From Cercozoa sp. M6MM (taxonomy: Eukaryota; Protista; Endomyxa: Ascetosporea): DNA of 64,000 nt. The notes beneath the pieces are model-generated. The model did not search any database, was not told the DNA's origin, and saw only the letters and a list, made by a program, of their open reading frames with translations. How positions within the stretch are numbered: the stretch's first letter is position 1; each line of letters begins with the position of its first letter. Positions 38,653-50,860 of the stretch are shown in pieces. The stretch is from the NCBI GenBank assembly GCA_040357565.1, contig JBDODJ010000040.1, one strand, 5' to 3'. Made by a program: the position numbers and the translations under genes.

Positions 38653-40506
38653 NNNNNNNNNNNNNNNNNNNNNNNNNNNNNNNNNNNNNNNNNNNNNNNN
38701 NNNNNNNNNNNNNNNNNNNNNNNNNNNNNNNNNNNNNNNNNNNNNNNNNNNNTTGACCCCCCCCCCCCCCGCGTGTGCACCCACAGTGGAACCGCATTGG
38801 TCGCGCGGGCGTTCCGGGCGGCTGGAACGAGTTCCTGCGGCATCACTGCGGCGCCTTCCTCCGCGTGGATGCGCAGGACGTCGTGCACGCCGTCGTACTG
38901 CCGCCGGCGTCCGCGCGGAACTTTGCCGTCTCGCAACAGCAACAACAACAACAACAACAACAGCAACTGCAAAAACAACAGCAGTTTGAAAAACAACAAC
39001 AACTGCAAAAACAACAGCAGTTGGAAAAACAACAGCAGTTGGAAAAACAACAACAACTGCAAAAACAACAACAGTTGGAAAAACAACAACAACTGCAAAA
39101 ACAACAACAATTGCAAAAACAACAACAACTGCAAAAGCAACAACAACAGTTGGAAAAACAACAAATAGCGGCGTCGGTCAAGAAGAAAACCGGCGGCAAA
39201 AAAACGCACAAGAAACGCGTTTTTAAGGACGTCACCGAAGTGCAGGATCTCTTCGTCAGCGACGACGATGTGGTGCGTTTACACCTCCTACCTCCCTTTA
39301 CCTCTCACCCTCTTCTTTACCCACCCCTTCAGGAGACACGGGCCTTGTCGCGCAACTCGGGCGGTCCCGAGTGTGGCCGCTTCGCCGCGCAGTCGCTCTT
39401 CAGTCTGCCGCGTAGGCTTGTCCCCCCTTTACCCCCACCCTTTTCCCTTTACCTCCTTCCGTAGCACTGGCGTCTTCGGTGTCGTCGTCACAGTCGTCGT
39501 CGCCGTCGCCGTCGTCGCTGGCGCAGCAGATGCGTCGTCCCAAAAGTGCCGTCTCGGACGCATCGACGACGCCCGAGCCTGCTGCCTCGCGTATGCGCAC
39601 ATTTTCTCGGAGGGTAGTGGGGGATGTAGTGGGGTAAAGGAGGTACGCGTGTAGAGAACAAGCCGGCAGCGCAGGTAGTGTCGGTACAGAGTGCCGTCTA
39701 CGAGACTCATCATGACACCATCGACACCGACGACGACGAATACGACATGCTACTGCAGCGACTGTCGGCACAGCAACGGGTATCTTACCCCCTCCCCACC
39801 CCTCCCTTTGCTACCCCTGTCTTACCCATCCGTAGGCACAAGTACTCGACATGAACAAGACGGCAGGCAAAGCGTGGCATCACAACGTCGTTGGCATCAC
39901 TGTCGGTGGCAGTTCCGACCTGCATCCCAAGCTGCAGGTAGTCGTCGCGCCCTCACATCTACCTTTATCCCCTTACCCCCCCCCCCCTGGAGTAGGAGTG
40001 GATCTCACGCGTGACAGCTGGCGACTCGGTGGTGCCGAGCAAGCAGGTCGTGCGTGGCGACCCGTCCAAGCAGCACTACGTGACGCTGCTGCAGCACGCC
40101 ATGTGCATGTGTCGTGGCCGTGGTAAACCCGTGCCGCCCTCTGTCGCGCAGGCACCCAGTAGCAGCGTACCCTTTCTTGACATACCCATGTACACGTTTT
40201 CATTTACGTGTACACCTATACAGCGGCAAAGCCACCTGTCGAGCCTCATAAAATACCCACTGCCAACCTGGGTGGTGCCCATCCTCGAGCAGAAGCAGCA
40301 GTGCGCGCGCCTTTGGACGCATGTGGCCGCGCCGTGTGGCCATCTGTTCGCCGAGCCGTGGTACAACACTCTATCTCTCTTGTGGGGGGGTATTATCGCT
40401 CTCGGCATGACTATCTGTGTGTGTCTGCAGTCTGGAGAACATGAATAACGAGTGTCCCCACTGCGGCTGCAAGGTCAGCACGGCGCTGCCCCTGCATTTG
40501 AACTAG
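32323..40506 (+). CDS. Large multi-exon protein with several LOTUS/OST-HTH-like winged-helix repeats, Q-rich repeat and C-terminal RING-like motif
   Basis: Spliced segments such as LRSTILALLRRRPEGLLVPEFERILREFL...ESLPEHVGDFIRL, ARKLLQRAGGSLALSQWQYVWQQETG...SAMPFVEV and VRAAVLRRFGVPLPLATLVQRL...GWNEFLRHHCGAFLRV resemble the OST-HTH pattern. Ends APCGHLFAEPCL...CPHCGCKVSTALPLHLN*. Domain calls are by eye; two gaps lie inside the gene. Confidence 0.6.
38160..38600. repeat. Intronic degenerate (TATG/TA)n tract followed by poly-G
   Basis: Direct observation. Confidence 0.95.
38934..39164 (+). repeat. Coding poly-Q and 18-nt repeat encoding (L[Q/E]KQQQ)n
   Basis: In frame within exon ORF 38775..39464. 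Confidence 0.9.
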
Positions 40507-40650
40507 TAGTGAACCCAGGCGCGCGACGCACTCGAGCTCCCATCCGATCCATTTACGCATTCAGTTGCGTTGAGTGTCCGCAGACGTCATTGTTGCCCGA
40601 CCGCAGCCCTCTCAGATAGGAATCAGGCCTTGGTAAGTTGAGTGGGTACT

Positions 40651-40840
40651 TTGCCAGTGATACAAAAAAACACGAAGGAACGTAAGGTAGTGTCACGTTC
40701 GGTCAATTCGAGAGAGCGGAGCCTGAGTATGGTAAGTTACCCAACTGGCTGCAAAGCACTTAACGGTACTGTCGTGGCGTAGGTACGATAGTATCTGATC
40801 TGAGAAAAGACTCAACAAACTAACTACGGTAGTATCTGTC
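40651..40840 (+). repeat. Dispersed intergenic repeat ending in GACTCAACAAACTAACTAC (LINE-type tail)
   Basis: Shares its 5' block with 29152-29184 and its tail with 50945-50963 and 28117-28133. Confidence 0.55.
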
Positions 40841-41023
40841 ATATAGTCACATCAACGCAAAACGTTCACCAGCGTCGAGTGGCTGCATAGTTTGCGGCTT
40901 GGGCCAGACGGAGTCAAGTTCCTTCGAATGCGATCGGGAGTGTTATTGATCTTTCGGGTGCGTGAAGGTCGCGTCTGTTAGGCACACAGGACACCCAGTT
41001 GTGTATACTGAGATATACATACG

Positions 41024-41910
41024 TTAGAGTCCGAAGACTTGCAGGGTACGGTTGTTGAGTGGCGCGCACACGTGGATCTGCTTGCCGACATGATCGTAGA
41101 TCTCGAAAGAGCCGCAGGTGCCATGAACTGCAGAAACCGGATACAGGTGGGCATGGGGGTAAGACTACAGGTAGGACGCATACCAGTGCCGCAGGTGAGG
41201 TCGCCCAGAAACTGCTTCCGCAGTCGCGGATACAGCAGCACAGTAGCAAGGATGTAGGATAGCATGTTGGGCACACGCAGCGGGAACTCGGCACGCGCGT
41301 ACTCACCGGCCGGCACGTGCAGCACATGCACGTCTAGGGCCTCCAGGTGACCTTCGAAGAGCTCCAGGTCCACCTGGGGGGGGATAAACAGAAGGGTGGA
41401 TGGGGGATAAAAGGGTCAAAGGAGGCGAAGGGTAAAGGGTTCAGGGAATCACTGAGTAGGACAGTACCTTGGTCTGATCGTCAGCCTCAAGCATGGCGCC
41501 GCAGAAGGAGCGGCAGCGATCGCCGTCGGAAGGATCGTCAAAGTAGATGCCGCCCATCATGTCGAACTCGATGTTCTTCTCGTTAAGCACCTGTACAAAA
41601 AACACAAACAGATATACACACATGTGTCCCAGGAACAAACGTGGTAGATACAGGCCTACATCAGCAACGGCCTGGAAGACTGGGCCGACATCCTTGTAGG
41701 GTCCGATGTGCTCTCGGTACTGCAGGCACAAGTAAATCAAAAAGTGGAAGGGAAGGGAAAGAGAAGGGAAGAAGAGAACGCAGGTACCAGCAAGTAGAAG
41801 GAAGGCAGCGAGCAGCGCTTGAACTGGTGCCGACGCAGCACGCCGTAGTACCACAGCAGCAGCACAACAGCGGCCAGGCCCAGCAGCACGGTCTGCCACC
41901 TGTACGCCAT
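41024..41910 (-). CDS. TEX264-like protein (N-terminal TM + GyrI-like domain)
   Basis: MAYRWQTVLLGLAAVVLLLWYYG, YREHIGPYKDVGPVF, GIYFDDP...CRSFCG, AEFPLR...LYPRL, FEIYD. The start could lie further upstream (about 42200). Confidence 0.75.
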
Positions 41911-42463
41911 GCACAAGTCAGTATCGACCACAGACGCTGCCTTGAAAGAAAAGAAAGACGAGAACAGCGTACCAAGGACCACCAACGGCAACGTTTTTGG
42001 CCGTCGCTGCTGCTTGCAACACGTAGGCGTATGCTTGGATGCCCAGTGCCTGCGGACCCGTCCCCGAATATAATACTCACGTGCCCACTCTAAACTGAGT
42101 ATTCGAGCTTGCACCTTGACAGTATCCACTGCTTCGCGCGACTGCACGATCGCCTCGCCCAGCAACTGCTTGGCATGCCCGAGGTCCACGTGCATCCCCA
42201 TCCTGCATTTCCAGCAGAAGCACCTCGTCACAAATGTCAAAGCGAGTTTAGAGACATTTTTTACCTAAATATGCTCTAAAAGGTATGTGCGCCTCGCCAC
42301 GGTACTCTGCACTAGCTTTGGGTGTCACTTGCCAACGACGGAATCCAAAGAGCGCCGATAAATATTAATGATGTTGTGTCTCAGTTCGTTGGTACCGTAC
42401 AACTGGACGCAAAAACGCAACTGGTTGAATTGAGGAAGATTTAGAGTTTCAGCGTGCGAAAAC

Positions 42464-43541
42464 ATGAAGCTACTTGAATTGAAAGGTGGCTCGCGTGCAG
42501 TAGAACCAACATCTACTGTGGTCAAGAAAGCTCGGGCGAATGTATCTTTATCGGTTGTATTGTTGTCGAGGCGTTTGTTTGTATTTGATTTGGTTTAGGT
42601 CAACTACGACGAGAATCTGAAAATATCGCGTCGATTGCGTCGACTGTACGTTTGCTGTTCTGTTCCCTCGTGATTAAATCCGCTTGTTTGGCTTCGCAGA
42701 TGCACGGACAAGATAGGCGAGAAGACTCCGGACAGCGCATTGGCAGATATCACAGGTACATCAAGTACCCGAGGTGTAGAGGAAATATAGAGACGAGGGA
42801 TAAATTCGCTGCTATAGCATTGGAAGCAACGATCGCCAGTGCTGTATCGTCTGCGCCGTCCTACAAGACTTGTACACAGTCATAATGTGTGATAGACAGA
42901 CAGTTGCTCACCTACACTGACTGTTGCAGTGGTAAAGCAAACGCTGCGAGCGCTTGAACAAGGTCGTTCAGTCGCTAAGATTGCTGTTCGCATCGCGGTG
43001 CGCCACCGCGTTCCGTACTGCTGAGTTTACCCCCCCCCCCCCCCCCTGCCACAGTAGACCTTCCTCCAGCAGGGTCAGGAAAGAGTTCCAGGAGGAGTAC
43101 GCACGACACATGAAGAAAGACGCGTGGAACCGTGCATGTCTTACTGCCAAGTACTTTGTCTTTTACTCCTCATACATACCTTTATATCACTCGTACTTCC
43201 CAACCCAGGCAGCGGCAAGACAACAGCTACCCCAACACTGGCGTCGAAGCACCTGCCAATGCGCGTGCAGTACCAGTTATTTCTATCAGTTTACCCCCCC
43301 CCCCCACCCCACCTTCTTGTTGACAGCTACGAGTGCTCGCCATGGACTGCGAAATGGTCGAAACGACGTAAGCCGCTTTTGTTTGCTTTCTGCGAAGGAA
43401 GGCTGTAAAGATCCATGGCAAAATGATGGTGTTTTGCGACAGGAAGGATGACGGTGCACTGGCACGTGTCAGTGTGGTCGACGAACACTGTAGTGTTGTA
43501 CTCGACATGGTACTGTTGTACGCTGTTTTAGGGTTTGTATT

Positions 43542-43594
<53 letters not shown>

Positions 43595-45164
43595 TGTGTG
43601 GTGTGTGGTGTGTGACAGCTAGTGCTTCCACCTGACTCGGTCGTCGACTGGCGTACTGACAAGGTGTGATTCAGTTCTGCGTATTGTACAAATATTCTAA
43701 TTATGCATATGTACGGATAGAGCGGTCTAACTGCCGAAAAGATGAGTGGTATTCCGCCACTTTCTGTGACTCGTTTGCTCTCCTGATTCCTTTCATGTAC
43801 ACAGGTGTCACTGCCTGCTTGGAGGATGCGCAAAGAGCACTGTTCGAGCACATGAGTCCATCCACTATTCTCGTGGGTCACTCACTCGAGAACGACCTCC
43901 GATCGCTTCAGTAGTTTTCGTTTTTGGGCAGTGCTGACTTTGTGTTACGTTTTTGCACCTGTTGGAAAAGACAGAGTAAAACACGTAAGGGTCTGCGATA
44001 CTGCCATTCTCTACGCCGTCGCGCCCAAGACACTGACCGTACCTGTCGCTTTGTTGACGCTGCTGTTGATGATGTTGGTACCGTGTGCTCTTACTTAGAG
44101 ACGAAACCTGGGACGAATTCGAAAACGAAAGTTACGCGACCTGGCTCGAGTAAAGATTCGAGTCAGTTGAGAACTGTTTTTTTTTAATAAGTGTGTCTGC
44201 AGGAACTGCTGAATATGGACATTCAAGAACACGGCGACACAGACGGCCACGACTCTGTGTGTTTCGTGATGGTAATGTTTAGGTGGTGTCATGGCTCTAT
44301 TTGTACATGCAGGTGGAAGACGCACAAGCAGCTATGCGTCTGGCGCTCCACTACGTGCAATCTCAACAGCAGCCAGGGTATCGTTTTGTACAGACGAGGC
44401 TGTATTGGACAAGAGACCAGCGTGTTCCTGCCCGTCACTCAGAGAGAAGCGAAGGCAAGTCGAGAAACGCGAGGGGCGAGATGATTCCGCAATGCTGTCT
44501 TTGGACTTTCTGAGACAATCTTCGCAACAACGCCAGCAGATTCTCGGTCTCGACGTGTGTCCTGAGGTGAGCAAGTACTCTACAGCATTGTCAACAGTAC
44601 TGAGCTTCGTTTTTATCTGTCGCTATAAATGTGCTCTGACCGTTGAGCAGAGTAGCAGCGACAGTGACGACTCGGACGACGAAGCCTTGTTGCAGGGTAG
44701 TAGTGCTTGACTTTTTACGTTTGACTGTACACTTGACACTACGAACTTGATTCTACGACTTGTAAATGCAGTGAGCTCACCTGGACGCAAGCGTCGTAGA
44801 TTGGCGCCTGGTATCAAGACACTCTCTGTTGATGTAAACCAGAGAAGTTGTGTTTTTTGTCTCCGCAGCGAGACTAGAGCCATTACAACGCCGACTGATC
44901 GGTATCGACGACGCCGGTGATCTCGTCGGCACCAGCAGTATCAAAGAGGGCAGTGCAGAACTCGACACTCAGAGTCAAACGGATCCGGTGAGGCCAAGCC
45001 CTGTTCTCGATGCATCCAAGGCGAGCTTTTCCGCTTGCAAGGCCGCTGTCCAGGGTGTGGACAGTAATGCTGCCAGTATGAACGATATCTCCGAGGTCGA
45101 TGGTCTCAACCCGAACGATTTCGGTGCACAACTCGATGCACTGAGCGCCTTTTTTGCTGGCTGA
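42464..45164 (+). CDS. DEDDh 3'-5' RNA exonuclease, Rex1/REXO1-like
   Basis: LAMDCEMV, LARVSVVD, ILVGHSLENDLRSL, VCDTA, RKLRDLA and GHDS-VEDAQAAMRL. Confidence 0.88.
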
Positions 45165-45517
45165 GGCCTGGTGCCGAATTTACTCATGTACTTGTAGTTA
45201 CTTTTACGGCTTTAGTGATTTTTTAAGTTACTCCTTTTTTGCCGGGCAGCCCGGGCTCTCGTATCAACGTGTAGCAGAACTCAGCACTACAGGCTCTAAG
45301 TACAATCACGAAATCTTAAAGGATTTAAGAGAGGTTGGGGGGGGGGCTAAAAGAGGGGTAGGGGCTAAAATGAATATCTATGTAGTAACCGATCGTATCC
45401 AATTCACCGAAACAGATTTTCAACTAATTTCGGGAGTCCGACACCGCACAGGGAAGGTGTCGTGCATTTCGTTTTCTGTCTCATGATCACGGCATGGTTT
45501 TCCCGCCGTCGCTCCAC

Positions 45518-47335
45518 TTACTCAAAGCCAACCTGCACATGGAAACAGAACTCACAAAATCACAGACGAGTGTGTGGGGTCAAACAGCAGCTTACAATGT
45601 TGCGCAGCAGCTTGAAGTAGCTGCCGGAGGTGTCGCCCTTGATGAACTGCTTGAGCGTCTTCTTGTAGCGACGGCCGAACTCGTCCGACACGGTCTGCAG
45701 GTCGACCTCGGCGCGACTCACGACGACGCGAATCAGCGTGCTGTCGTCAGTGCCGAGACCCTTCATCGACTCGAACAGCTGCACACAGTCAACACATTCC
45801 TCAATGCAAGCATCTGCATAATACAGACACAGAGGGGAGGAGAGTGCACCATCTGCGCAAAGAAGCCGCTGAGGTCGCGCGACTGCGAGACGATCGTGGC
45901 CAGTGCGCGCTTGATGTCCGTGGTGCGCATGCCCGACGTCAGCGCGCGCTCGATCGTCACGTCGCTGATCTTGGCGAACTCCTCCCAGGTCTTGCGCAGC
46001 TGCGCCATGTTGCGCTTCAGGAAGATCTCCATCACGCGCGAGTACTTCCAGCCCGTGAGGCGCTTACTCTCCTCCTTGAGCTTGCGCGCATCCGCCTTGG
46101 CGAGGTTCTCGTCCACCGTGTTGCTCTCGTCACGCTCGCAACTGCTCGCACACACACACAGGTTCAGTAAGCCAGGGATACTATGGGAGCAAGGTGAGTA
46201 CCGCAGGATGCCCTGCAGCAGGGCGCGGAAGTCGCCCGAGGTCTCGCTGCTGACGTCGCCGTCGAGGTTGCGCGAGTACTCGCGCTCGAACGCCGTCTTA
46301 ATCTCGCGAATGCGCTGCTGCGGCCGTGTGCACAGGATCTCGATCAGCTGGTTCTCGTTGGTGCCAAGGCCCTTCATGGCCTTGCGCAGCCAGTGCGCGT
46401 CGAACTGCGCCGGAGTCATCAGAAGCGCATTGCACAGCTCGCCAAAGTTGTTGCGCGTCTCGCTCTTGACATCCTGCCCGCAGCACACAACACATGCAGT
46501 GCACAGCTAGGTAGTTGTAGTGAGTGCCGTACCTTGCGCAGGTTGCGGTTGAACTGCTGCGAGAACGAGGCGGCCACCTGCTGCAGCTGCTCGTTCGAGC
46601 GCGTGCCGAGGATCTCCACGAGCACCTTGTTGTTGCAGCCGAGGCCCTTCATGGCCTGACGCAGCGCCTGCGCGTCACGAGCTGCCCACACACGAATTCA
46701 GAGACATCACCGGTAGCATCAACAAATAACAAGGCAATCCAGGGTACCAGCATCAAAGCTCGGGTGCGGACGCAGGGTCGGCACGCCCTGCTGGAAGTGC
46801 GTGGCCGCCGCAAACGTCGCCTGATGTTGAAGCTGCTGCGGCTGCTGCTGCTGCGAGGGAATCGACGTGGCCGACATGCCTTGCTGCTGATGCATACCTT
46901 GCTGCTGACGCAGACCTTGCTGCTGCTGCTGCTGCTGGTACTGCTGCTGCTGCTGCTGCTGCTGATGCTGCATGGGCTGACGCTGCTGGTACTGCTGCTG
47001 CGGCGGCTGCTGCTGCTGGTACTGCGGCTGCTGTTGCACCTGCGGGTAGTTACGCTGCGGGCCCTGGGCGGCTACACGTACAGTACACATACACACACAC
47101 ATGTATATATACGTATTAAACGGTACCGTAAGGGTTGACGCGCTGCTGCTGGTGCGGGTTGTACATGGTCTGCTGCTGCTGGGGCGCGTACATTGTCGAC
47201 TGCTGCTGCATCTGCGGCGCGTACATGGTCTGCTGCGGCTGCTGCCCGCACACATATAAACACCATATATCCACACACACACACACAATTACACACACAA
47301 TTACACACACAATTACACACACAATTACACACACA

Positions 47336-47385
<50 letters not shown>

Positions 47386-47395
47386 NNNNNNNNNN

Positions 47396-47446
<51 letters not shown>

Positions 47447-48021
47447 GCACACCATCATGCGCTGCTGCATCATCGGCTGCTGCGGACGGTACTGCGACGT
47501 CAGCGTGTGCGTGCCCGGCTGCGGCTGACCGTGGCGCGGGACCCTGCAGTCACACGAGAAAGATAGCAAGGGTGTCACAACAAAAATTAAACGTGTGTGT
47601 GAGAGGATACATGGTGGCAGTCTGTTGCTGGGCCGGAACCATCATTGTGGGCTGCTGAACCATCTACAGCGACGAACATACACAAAGCGCAAAACTTAGC
47701 GACAGTAAGGTTAAGTACCGTGGGCTGCGCCATCATCGTCGGCTGCTGGACCATCTGCCCAAAGGGTACAATACATACTGAATCAGACCCGGCATCACAC
47801 GCGCGCATACCATGGTGGGCTGAGCCTGAACCATCATAGTAGGCTGAGCCTGCACGACCATGGGTTGCGGCTGCACCTGTGGCGTCCGAAAACGCACATA
47901 CATTTAGATCCAAGCTATGCACGGAGGCTACCATCATGCCTGGCTGCTGTTGCTGGACGTACACAGTGCGCTGCTGGGGCTGTTGCTGCTGCTGCTGGTA
48001 TTGTTGATACGGGTACGACAT
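45518..48021 (-). CDS. Annexin with long Q/P/M/Y-rich N-terminus
   Basis: Annexin repeats AMKGLGCN, AMKGLGTNENQLIEILCTR, SETSGDF and SMKGLGTDDSTLIRVVVSRAE...GDTSGSY; N-terminus MSYPYQQYQQQ. Confidence 0.95.
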
Positions 48022-48621
48022 TGTAGTGTTACGCTTTTGCTGCTTTGTCTGCGCAAGAACAAGATCAGGGGATGCCAAACACATCAAACACGTCAAACAG
48101 ACACAACCAGAAAACACAAAAATTATTTTCCGCATGCCCATCAATGGCATCCGTGAAGGTTGCGAAACCCCAGAGTACGCGCAAAACACAATGATGCAGG
48201 GTGTTTGGCCAGACAAAGAACAAAGAAGCCCGACCAAGAAAACTGAAAATGGGTCATGCAGCCTGACAGTCTATCCAAGTAACACACCTCCTGCTGTGCT
48301 GGATAAAGAAGCAGAACGATTGAAAAGGTGTCTGTGCGATTCACCCCGTAGCAGATAGCTTTTTGCTCAAGAGCACGTTTCTTGCTATCAACCGATCAAA
48401 ATTTATTCTGAGTGATGCGCGAACGGTGCTTTTTTGCGGTACACAGTACAGTACCGGACCGACAGTACCGGATCGGGTGAGCCCAACCAGAGCCACTCCC
48501 ACTAACCAGCCACCTTAGCGCTGTGAGAGACGTTGTGACGAGCGAGTTTCTTCTCTCACAGTGGAGCAGCCACTAGCCACCACAGTCGTCCAGCAAAAGC
48601 GAGCAGGATTTGTCTGGCGAC

Positions 48622-50379
48622 ATGGAAGAGCAGACGTCAGAGCCGCCCACAAAGCGGCGCAAGACTACGAGCAGCACTACGCGCAAGAAGGCTGGCCGCA
48701 AGGTATCAGTACAGTGTTTGTGGCGTTGTTCTGGGACTGTCTTGCGTGCCTGGCGTGCTCAATCTGTCGGTAACACAGACCAAGTCAGGCAAGCCGGCAC
48801 GTCCCGTGAAGGTGCCGCGAACATCGGCGCCATCGCACTTCCTTGCGCCGACGGCTGAGCTGGTATGTTCCTTTAGTGTACCTGGTCTGAATGTCTCAGA
48901 TCCATGTCGTGTGAGCAGCAGAAGCATGTGCCGGACTGGCACTCGAAGCTGCCGATGCCGCCGCGTGTGGATTCCTTCCTCGATGCCGTCTCAAACATTT
49001 ACTTCCAGGTACACAGTGATTTTAAGGCTCTCAATATACGTGTGTGTATGTGGAATTTTCAGCCTCCGACTCTGCTGCGGCCTCTGTTGAATCCTTCCAA
49101 CAACCGAAGGTAGACCCTCCTGACTGTCTGTGTGTAGACGATAGTGTCTATCCGCGCGCGACACAGAAAGACGGGTGAAGATGTGGTGCCAGTGTCGGAG
49201 CGTGCGCCGGCTGTGCAGACGCCGCGTGACGCCGTGCACGCACCGACGTACTCGGAGACGGACCTGCTGCAGTCGCCGCTGCGCGCACGCTCGCCGCTGG
49301 ACGAGTGGACGCCGCTGGAGGTGGCGCGATTCGAGAGCGGTCTCTGCGCGCACGGCAAACAGTTCCACCTGGTGTCGCAGGTCGTCGGCACCAAGAGCAC
49401 GGCCGAATGTGTCGAGTTCTTCTACGTGTGGAAGCAGTCGGCGCACTACCACATGTGGCGTGCGCACGAGCAGCCCACGCAGCCGCTGCCGGGCGACCAG
49501 CTGAGTCTGTGGCGCCGTGCGCAGGAGATGCTGCGCCAGGTCGAACGCGAGTACGACGCCGCGCGTGCCGCGCAGCAGCTCAAGCGTAAGGAGAAGGCGG
49601 CCCGTCAGGCTGCTCTCGCCGACCGCATCCGCGACGAGGAGGAGGAAGGTCGGGCCGACCGCGCTGCTGCGCAGCCGGACGAGAGTGCCGACAAGAGCAC
49701 CGCCGAGACGAAAGCCTCGTCCAACGAGGACGCCGGTGTGGCCGCGCGTCAGCTCTTGTGCGTTTCCCTTTCCTTCTGTTCTGGCTTGCATCTGCACGCA
49801 CATATGCCTCGCTGCTGCACCAGGGTATCGATGGCCCAGGCGGCCGCTCAGGCGCACGAGGAGGAGGTGTGCTCCTTGGCTGCGCAGGCGGCGGAGTCCA
49901 AGTCACAGGAGGTGCCGCAACCAAACCTGAAGCAAGAGCCCAAGTCTGAGTCAGAACTTGAGTCGAAACCTGAGCCGGAACATAAGCCGGAACATGAGCG
50001 GAAGCAAGAGCTGAAGCAAGAGCCGACGCCTGAGCGAGAACAGCAGCAGCAGGAGTTAAAGCAGGAGCAGGCACACGAGCAAACACAGGAACAGTTGCAA
50101 GCAGAGTCTGTTGCTGCTATTGCTCTGACTGTCCCAGCCGTCGATGTCAAAGTTACCGCCGGGGCTGTCAACGCCTCGCCACCACAGGAGAAGCTGCTAG
50201 AGCAAACTCAGCCGTCGTCGCAGCAACAACAGCAACTGCCCGAGCGGAAACAGCCTGAGCAACCAGACGAGCACTTGGACGCCCAATCTCCTGCCCAGGC
50301 TGCCGCCAATAGTACAGTCGGCAGCTCCGTCGCTAGCACCGACCCGCTCGCCTCACTTCCAGCACCGCCGCAGCTTTGA
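48622..50379 (+). CDS. SANT/Myb-domain nuclear protein (MIER/MTA/RERE-type SANT)
   Basis: WTPLEVARFESGLCAHGKQFHLVSQVVGTKSTAECVEFFYVWK; basic NLS-like N-terminus; E/Q/P-rich tail. Confidence 0.8.
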
Positions 50380-50860
50380 TTCGGTGCGCTGCGTTGAAAC
50401 TTCAGCTGAGTTCAGTTTATTAGCTCAGTTGTTACGGCATAGCGTTTCTCAACCAGTCGAGTCAAGTTGTCATCTGACTACTGTACTCGTCAGCGCGGAC
50501 GATCAAATCTGAACCAGCATAGTTAATAGTGAAGGATGTGTTTTGGTAGGTATCGTATCTCCTGCATTACATCCTGAGGCTTCTACCTTACATGGTCAAG
50601 TGTTGTGCAGACCTGACTTCTTAGCTTGGGTCAAGCTTTCTACAGCTGACGCACTTTGACTGCAGTGCTTGGGCTGTTCTTTATAATTGCCATCAACAAG
50701 CCTTCGAGCTTTCGACGACCTTTTCTACGAGGGTAAGTCTTCTAATCCTCCACATCGACGCCATTCTAACTGACGTTTTACTTCCTTTATTTAGTCGTCT
50801 TCAATATCTTAGTTACTGGTTTCCATACCGTATCACAGTCTCCAAAGAAATGTCGTCCTA

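Larger units (their letters stand above)
29750..40000. repeat. Domain of introns composed of degenerate (C)3-5TCTTTA / TTACCC arrays
   Basis: Most introns of the two genes here consist of such units, e.g. 32952-33025, 36336-36458, 37891-37981. Related TACCC units occur in SMG1 (12860-15200), TEX264-like, Rex1 and ATG11 introns. Confidence 0.9.

Noticed and set aside
37985-38989. ORFs rich in CV/TH/YM or PLFTP repeats
   Set aside because: Translations of intronic microsatellites and TACCC arrays, or of N gaps.
32760-40000. Interstitial telomeric repeats
   Set aside because: The unit is TTTACCC/GGGTAAA, not CCCTAA/TTAGGG, and it is confined to introns; kept only as a testable alternative.
45494-46510. 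Long antisense ORFs (338 aa opposite annexin; also 59093-59647 opposite RPL15 and 48991-49857 opposite the SANT gene)
   Set aside because: Shadow ORFs caused by GC-rich codon bias of the real gene; no independent domain signal.
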